Origin: Candidatus Thorarchaeota archaeon
GTDB taxonomy: Archaea > Asgardarchaeota > Heimdallarchaeia > Hodarchaeales > Hodarchaeaceae
Length of the DNA: 32,000 nt
NCBI GenBank assembly: GCA_048882505.1
Contig: JBHLRO010000003.1
Location: forward strand, 180,001 to 212,000
Reading direction: 5' to 3'
Shown here: in pieces, positions 26,845 through 32,000 of the stretch
Position numbering within the stretch: position 1 is the first letter of the stretch
Layout: each line of letters opens with the position of its first letter
Program-made: the position numbers and the translations under genes
Notes under the pieces: model-generated
Databases searched by the model: none
The model's input: the letters and a program-made list of their open reading frames with translations, nothing else
Told to the model about the DNA's origin: nothing

Positions 26845-28941
26845 CTATACTGCCAGAAGGGGCTCTTTTAGTACGAAAGTAAACTCGTTTCCCTTCGGAA
26901 ACAGAGGTTTTATTTTCAAATCTCCACTGTTCAACCTCAGTATCACACTACTCAATGCAATGCCAATGTAGTGCCCTTGACTTGTCCATTTATCTGTGAT
27001 TTTTCCTACAATTTTCTCAATGATGTTTTCAGGAATAGGAGGACCCCATGGTTCTCTTATTATGAGAGAAAAAGCATTCTCGCTTAAGCTGCCCTCGATT
27101 TGGATTCTGTACTCTTCATCCTGACGGAAACGTAGGCTGTACATAAGAACTTCAAGTATCGCATCGTCAATGAGTTGGCCATAAAACGATACACCATTCA
27201 GACTTGAAATGTCAACGTTTATCATATCTGAAGGGGAATCCAATTGAGAAATGGCTGAATTGACCATATCGAGTAACGGATGGCATTGATTGGTGTTTTG
27301 GGGCGATTTCTGCAGTACCTCAAATATTCGATTTACCTTATCTATGGTGCCTGCTGAATGTTGGCAGGTCTGGATGATTTCAGTAACGATTTCGTGTTTT
27401 AGTTGCTCCTCCTCCTCGTACTTCATTTTTAATAGCTCAAGATTGTTAATGATTTTATGCAAATCATTCTTGGTGAAGTGAGATACCATCTGGTGGTAAC
27501 GCTCTTCTTCCAATTTCAATTGCTTCAATTGCTGTTCAGTTTCGATTCGTACCGAGATATCAGTAAAAACGCTTAGGACACCCTCATAAACTTGATCATC
27601 CCGTAGTATCGGCCTTGCGGAGATGATAACGGGGAAAGTAGAGCCATCCTTACGTAATGCAGTTCCCTCGTAGACGCTACTATGACCTAGAACGCGTTTT
27701 TTTGATTCATCCTGAAATTTGGTCAATTCTGAAGAGGGAATTAGTTGTGACCAGTGTAGTCCGATTATTTCTTTTTCTGCGTAACCCAGCATCTCGCAGG
27801 TACGAGGGTTGACAAACGAGATTACCCCCGTGGCATCCTCAAGAAGCACTCCTTCTTCCATCCGCTCTATCAACATCTGATATTTCTCCTTGGAAGCCCG
27901 TAGGTCTTCCTCCACACGCTTACGATCAGTAATATCTGTGAAAACTGTCAATACTCCTTCGAACTTCCCGTCATCTCCAAAGATTGGAGCAGCGGTAACT
28001 ATAACTGGGACTATCCGACCATCTTTTGCAATTATACTGGTTTCATAACGGGAGCCAATCCCTTGTGGCCGTTTTTCTGTCTCGGCAGCGACTTTGGCCC
28101 GTTCCTCCACGGATACAATTATAGTCCAATGTTGACCCTCCAATTCAGAAACATCATAACCTAATATTTCGGCAGCTTTAGGATTTACAAATTTAAAATA
28201 TCCATTGGGATCCTCCAAGCACACGCCTTGATCCAATTTTTCCACCAGCATTTTGTACTTCGCTTCTGATTCTTTTAAGGCCTGCAAGGTCACCAAATAA
28301 CTCTCGCGAGACGTTTCTAATGCGTTATAGTTTTTTTGGACTTGCTGGTGCAATAAAACATTCTTCAATACAAAAGACAGGCGTCGGGCTAGCTGAATTA
28401 TTAGATCACGCAGATTTCCTGAAAATGCATTGATAATTTGTGAAGAGAGATTTAATGTTCCCAAAGGTTTATTTTCATAAAATAGGGGTATATAGAATAC
28501 GCTGCGTACGCCAGCCGCATGTAAAAGCTCATCCATTTCATAGGAATCATCCTCCCTGGCTATATCAGGGCGATAAAATGGTTGACCTGATTGTATGACT
28601 TTGGTCATGAATGTTCTATCCTGCGGAATGAACCTTCCTTTGAATATGCGAGCCTCATCGGAGTAAGCGTATGCATAGACCTTGAATCCGGGAGGATCTT
28701 CTTCTAGAAGAGCAATAGCAACTTTTGAGATTTCAAATCGTTCTCTGAAGAAGTTTAGTGCCTGTTGAATGACAATTCCGCTATCCAGATGTGAAATTAG
28801 GGATTCAAAGTCAAGCACGGTCTGATTGAAATAGCTTTGTGACTTTAACGCAGCTATTTCGTTCGTAATTTCCTCCTTAACCTTTTCCGGAATGATCTGA
28901 GTTGAGAGGTTATACTTCCTCAGGATTTGATCGATTTCCAT
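26845..28941 (-). CDS. GAF-PAS-PAS sensor with His-box and degenerate HATPase-like domain
   Basis: GAF (SVFYIPL...LGTLNLSS); two PAS domains (FVNPKAAEILGY and FVNPRTCEMLGY, with KDG.FPV..DITDR ends); H-box SHFTKND (His 27478-27480); C-terminal GHYIGIALS. Confidence 0.85.
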   Translation of the reverse strand: MEIDQILRKYNLSTQIIPEKVKEEITNEIAALKSQSYFNQTVLDFESLISHLDSGIVIQQALNFFRERFEISKVAIALLEEDPPGFKVYAYAYSDEARIFKGRFIPQDRTFMTKVIQSGQPFYRPDIAREDDSYEMDELLHAAGVRSVFYIPLFYENKPLGTLNLSSQIINAFSGNLRDLIIQLARRLSFVLKNVLLHQQVQKNYNALETSRESYLVTLQALKESEAKYKMLVEKLDQGVCLEDPNGYFKFVNPKAAEILGYDVSELEGQHWTIIVSVEERAKVAAETEKRPQGIGSRYETSIIAKDGRIVPVIVTAAPIFGDDGKFEGVLTVFTDITDRKRVEEDLRASKEKYQMLIERMEEGVLLEDATGVISFVNPRTCEMLGYAEKEIIGLHWSQLIPSSELTKFQDESKKRVLGHSSVYEGTALRKDGSTFPVIISARPILRDDQVYEGVLSVFTDISVRIETEQQLKQLKLEEERYHQMVSHFTKNDLHKIINNLELLKMKYEEEEQLKHEIVTEIIQTCQHSAGTIDKVNRIFEVLQKSPQNTNQCHPLLDMVNSAISQLDSPSDMINVDISSLNGVSFYGQLIDDAILEVLMYSLRFRQDEEYRIQIEGSLSENAFSLIIREPWGPPIPENIIEKIVGKITDKWTSQGHYIGIALSSVILRLNSGDLKIKPLFPKGNEFTFVLKEPLLAV

Positions 28942-29106
28942 TGTCCTATATTGAAAGGAATTGCCACCTTAAATAAGGGCCACTAATTTAAATCATAGCT
29001 ACAGAGTGAAGTTAGTTCACTGCAACCATCGGTTGTTTTTGCATTCTTTCCTACCCAATTTGCTTGTTCTTAATCATCCTGGCAAGATTCTTTGATATCG
29101 AAGCTA

Positions 29107-30303
29107 CTAACGTTTCCCCAGGCTAATAGAGGACATTTTACGTATCCCCCACTCCAAACTGAATCTAAAACCTCTTTTTTGCCAAATTATAGCTAAGGCG
29201 ATGTACAGAACCGAATATAACGTAATCAAAATGAAAAACCAAGTTTCTGAGGGGAGAAACGTCGAGGGAATAAAGAATAACAAGTTATGTAAAAAGAAAA
29301 TGGTGAGTGATATTTTTCCAAGGGTGGCAATCGGAGTTAATAAGGTTTTCACCCTTGGGTACCTTGTAAGGCTATCCAGAAGATTGGTTGTATCGAATGA
29401 GAACAAGAATGCTATTGAAATGAGGATTAAAACTCCCAACGAAATAAGAACGTACGATGAAGAAGCTGGAAAATGCATTGGAGTCGAGATTATACGTTCA
29501 ATACCTAGTAACCACAGTCCGAGGCAAAGGAATCCAATACTTAACATTAACAATATAACACTTCTCTGATAGATGTTTTCCTTGGTTTTCCGATTTATTA
29601 TATCTAAAATCGAAGCCATTAGTGCTCCCACCAAGGAAAAGGAAAACCAAGGAATTATAGGCGTTGTACCGAAATCAATTATGGCGTAACTTAAGATTGA
29701 AAGGATTGTCAACTCGGCATATTCGGGGATCTCTCTTGAAACTGTGTAATCATGAAAGAGAAGAAAAAGACCGATTGCTGTAAGAGTACTTGCCAATAAA
29801 ATTCCTATTGTAAAGGATTGTCTTTTATACCCCCTCATTTCTAATTTCCAAACTAATTCAAACAACGCTAGGAAAAATATGGAAGAGAGAAAGAAGAGAT
29901 GAAAGAAATTCCAGGTCAAAACATAGTTTAGAAGATTCGACGGGTTATAGCTGATTGCCACCACTATTTGTGCCAGGGAAGCTATCACCAAAAAGATAAA
30001 ACCACGTTTGAGTGCACGGTCTCTCGCTAATACGTGTTTTTCACTGTTACTATAACGGAGGAAAGAATTAACCTGATTAAATCCGTTGACAAACAAAAAA
30101 AGAGGAAACGTTAAGAATAAACCAATTAATGTCACCAAAAACCATATTAAACTCACCCCCCCTTGATCCCAATTAAGGACAGCCGGATAATCATACCAAA
30201 TCATGCCATGAGTTATAATCATTAGAATTATTCCGATCCCTTTTAACAAATCAACTGAGAAAAGGTAGAATGAAGGCGATGGATTTCTTTTATTTGCTTC
30301 CAA
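29107..30303 (-). CDS. DUF1624 / heparan-alpha-glucosaminide N-acetyltransferase-like membrane acyltransferase
   Basis: N-terminal SVDLLKGIGIILMIITH, FP.FLFVNG, PIIPWF and GKISLTIFFLH motifs; about 10 TM segments. Confidence 0.7.
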   Translation of the reverse strand: MEANKRNPSPSFYLFSVDLLKGIGIILMIITHGMIWYDYPAVLNWDQGGVSLIWFLVTLIGLFLTFPLFLFVNGFNQVNSFLRYSNSEKHVLARDRALKRGFIFLVIASLAQIVVAISYNPSNLLNYVLTWNFFHLFFLSSIFFLALFELVWKLEMRGYKRQSFTIGILLASTLTAIGLFLLFHDYTVSREIPEYAELTILSILSYAIIDFGTTPIIPWFSFSLVGALMASILDIINRKTKENIYQRSVILLMLSIGFLCLGLWLLGIERIISTPMHFPASSSYVLISLGVLILISIAFLFSFDTTNLLDSLTRYPRVKTLLTPIATLGKISLTIFFLHNLLFFIPSTFLPSETWFFILITLYSVLYIALAIIWQKRGFRFSLEWGIRKMSSISLGKR

Positions 30304-30399
30304 GCCATTAGGACTCCTAACTTAGATCATCAGCGAATATTGTAGTTTTAAAATCTGTTGTGAAAAGATTCATAGCTTTTCTATTCCTCTGTCCTCCTC

Positions 30400-30418
30400 C
30401 CGAATTAATATAATTCGG
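30400..30418. promoter_or_regulatory. Inverted repeat CCGAATTA-N3-TAATTCGG in a divergent intergenic region
   Basis: Perfect 8-bp arms between the divergent starts at 30303 and 30603. Confidence 0.4.
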
Positions 30419-30602
30419 ATGAGGGTTCCGTCAATTGAATAACGATTACCCGTAAAAATTGATGACACGCTCATCTTGGTCTTTGTTCAGCGAAAAACAA
30501 TGACAGGAACTAGTGCGCTGAAAATTTGAAAATTTCAAAGTCCATCTACCAGCCCATTCCCCGTTGATTAGGTTTCCCGATCACCTTCCATTAAAACCTT
30601 AG

Positions 30603-31286
30603 ATGATTGCCATGTCAGAGACCCCTAAACTATTCATTTTCGACCTTGATGATACATTGATTCGCTCAAACATTGACTATATGGCAATAAGATTGTCTAT
30701 TGCAGAGCTTTTTGATTCTCCGCCCACATTAAAAGAACTATCGGGGACTCCGATATTACTTGTCCTGGAAAACCTCCGGAAGATCCATCCAGAAAGATAT
30801 CGGGAGGGAAAAAGACGAATCTACGAAACCGAGGAAGAAGCCGCAAATACGGCAGCTGGGATTGATGGTGCGCACACCATTCCGGAGCTATTGGATCAAT
30901 ATCAGATTTATTCCGCCATCCTCACAAATAACTCTCGAAAAGGTGTTGAAATTTATCTGAATAATCCAGAGCTCGCATACCTGACGAAATTCAAAATCTT
31001 CACACGGGATGATTTTTCCCAGGCCAAGCCTTCCCCAGAAGGTATTGAAACAATCATTAATTACTTTAAGAATCATGTGGACAGAGGAATTACAGGCGAT
31101 AATACTGTATACATAGGAGATTCCTATATTGATGCTTTGGCGGCTGATCGCGCTTGTGTGAGGTTTGTATGGTTTCATTCACGGAAAATTGCGGATCACC
31201 TGTTCCCCACACAACCAGTGGCCACTCTTTCCAACTGGAACCAACTTGAGGGCTTAATAGCTCGGTTTTCACAAACCGTTTTGTAA
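30603..31286 (+). CDS. HAD-superfamily hydrolase (phosphoglycolate phosphatase-like)
   Basis: Motif I FDLDDTL, II LTNN, III KPSP, IV YIGDSYID. Confidence 0.92.
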   Translation: MIAMSETPKLFIFDLDDTLIRSNIDYMAIRLSIAELFDSPPTLKELSGTPILLVLENLRKIHPERYREGKRRIYETEEEAANTAAGIDGAHTIPELLDQYQIYSAILTNNSRKGVEIYLNNPELAYLTKFKIFTRDDFSQAKPSPEGIETIINYFKNHVDRGITGDNTVYIGDSYIDALAADRACVRFVWFHSRKIADHLFPTQPVATLSNWNQLEGLIARFSQTVL

Positions 31287-31397
31287 CTGGAAAAAAAAAA
31301 GGGTACCTTATAATCAGCGAAGTATTCCCCCCGCTCGTGAATTTAGTTGCCCCCGTGCATTATTCTTTCATATTATTAGCCAATAAATACGTCGGAG

Positions 31398-31610
31398 ATG
31401 AAATCAAAATTGCGCTTGTTTGCGTTCCAAGAATTAGCTTATGCAATAGTAGTCGCTAGCGCTTATGGCCTCCTAATTGGCATTTTATATAACCCAGCCC
31501 CCGATGTGTTCATCTTCATCGTTTGGGGAGGTATGATTTTGTTACATTTGCTGGGAATAATTTTAATAGTTCGTCTTGAGGAACGAGAACAGAAATCAAA
31601 TGACATGTAA
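31398..31610 (+). CDS. Small two-TM membrane protein, unknown function
   Basis: 70 aa, two hydrophobic helices, charged tail, ATG preceded by GGAG. Confidence 0.6.
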   Translation: MKSKLRLFAFQELAYAIVVASAYGLLIGILYNPAPDVFIFIVWGGMILLHLLGIILIVRLEEREQKSNDM

Positions 31611-31746
31611 ACTGGCAATCAGTAAAACGTGAAACCTGGCGATGACTCCGAATAGGGTATGTCTTCACCTTTATAATAACATCACATAAGCCATCATTGA
31701 TCAATTCCCAGTTAATCGTATAGATAAATAAAAGGAAAAAGCAAGT

Positions 31747-31926
31747 ATGTCAACTCAATTAACCTGTCACGAATGTGGTGCCACTGAAGCAATTCCAAAC
31801 CACTGTGGGCAACCCATGCACATTGAAGAGGTTGAGGGCAAAGCGATACTTGTCTGTTGGATGGGTCCTGGGTGTGGAAAACGAGAAATACCCGTACATC
31901 ATGGTAAACCAATGTTCATTCCATGA
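31747..31926 (+). CDS. 59-aa Cys/His metal-binding microprotein with an internal duplication (desulforedoxin/zinc-ribbon-like; not in ORF track)
   Basis: My translation: MSTQLTCHECGATEAIPNHCGQPMHIEEVEGKAILVCWMGPGCGKREIPVHHGKPMFIP, ending in TGA at 31924-31926. Confidence 0.8.
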   Translation: MSTQLTCHECGATEAIPNHCGQPMHIEEVEGKAILVCWMGPGCGKREIPVHHGKPMFIP

Positions 31927-32000
31927 TGGTATCTATCTATTATAGCTGGGTCTGTTAACAGTTTTTATTTGAATATTGTTTTCCGAGAATAGACTGTAAC

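Noticed and set aside
912-31704. Numerous 60-156 aa ORFs antisense to or nested in the long genes (e.g. 13166-13636, 7181-7543, 5142-5492, 29201-29569)
   Set aside because: They overlap genes with strong family motifs and show no motifs of their own.
31712-31912. 66-aa minus-strand ORF in the track
   Set aside because: It is the antisense shadow of the 59-aa Cys/His protein at 31747-31926.
1-32000. CRISPR array, tRNA, rRNA, transposase or integrase
   Set aside because: By eye I found no regularly spaced repeats, cloverleaf or rRNA signatures, and no DDE or tyrosine-recombinase motifs; the TTCGAATCC at about 25054-25062 lies inside a CDS.

Overview
A gene-dense archaeal window. PDO, MTH1187-family, MtmB-like and HFxxND-type PAS sensor genes and TTTATAA TATA boxes point to archaea. 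An Asgard/Heimdallarchaeia origin is my inference, not proven. Left to right it holds: the end of an LVIVD surface protein; a decayed aldo-keto reductase; two convergent pyrrolysine-free MtmB-family methyltransferases around a membrane Zn-finger gene; a phosphoesterase; a thiamine-binding-family protein; a membrane-anchored metzincin; two convergent ABC-2 exporter operons, one with an XRE regulator and a tandem operator; TldE/TldD; an MFS transporter; an ArsR/PDO/thioredoxin redox module; an orphan DUF1156 DNA methylase; a pirin; a receiver-fused dikinase-like protein divergent from gdhA; a GAF-PAS-PAS sensor with a degenerate kinase domain; a DUF1624-like membrane protein; a HAD hydrolase; and two microproteins below the ORF-track cutoff. 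The best candidates for an undescribed system are (i) the receiver + ATP-grasp + phospho-His dikinase paired with glutamate dehydrogenase and (ii) the Pyl-free MtmB pair. I saw no rRNA, tRNA, CRISPR array or transposase. All family calls come from motif recognition and recalled reference sequences; no searches were run.
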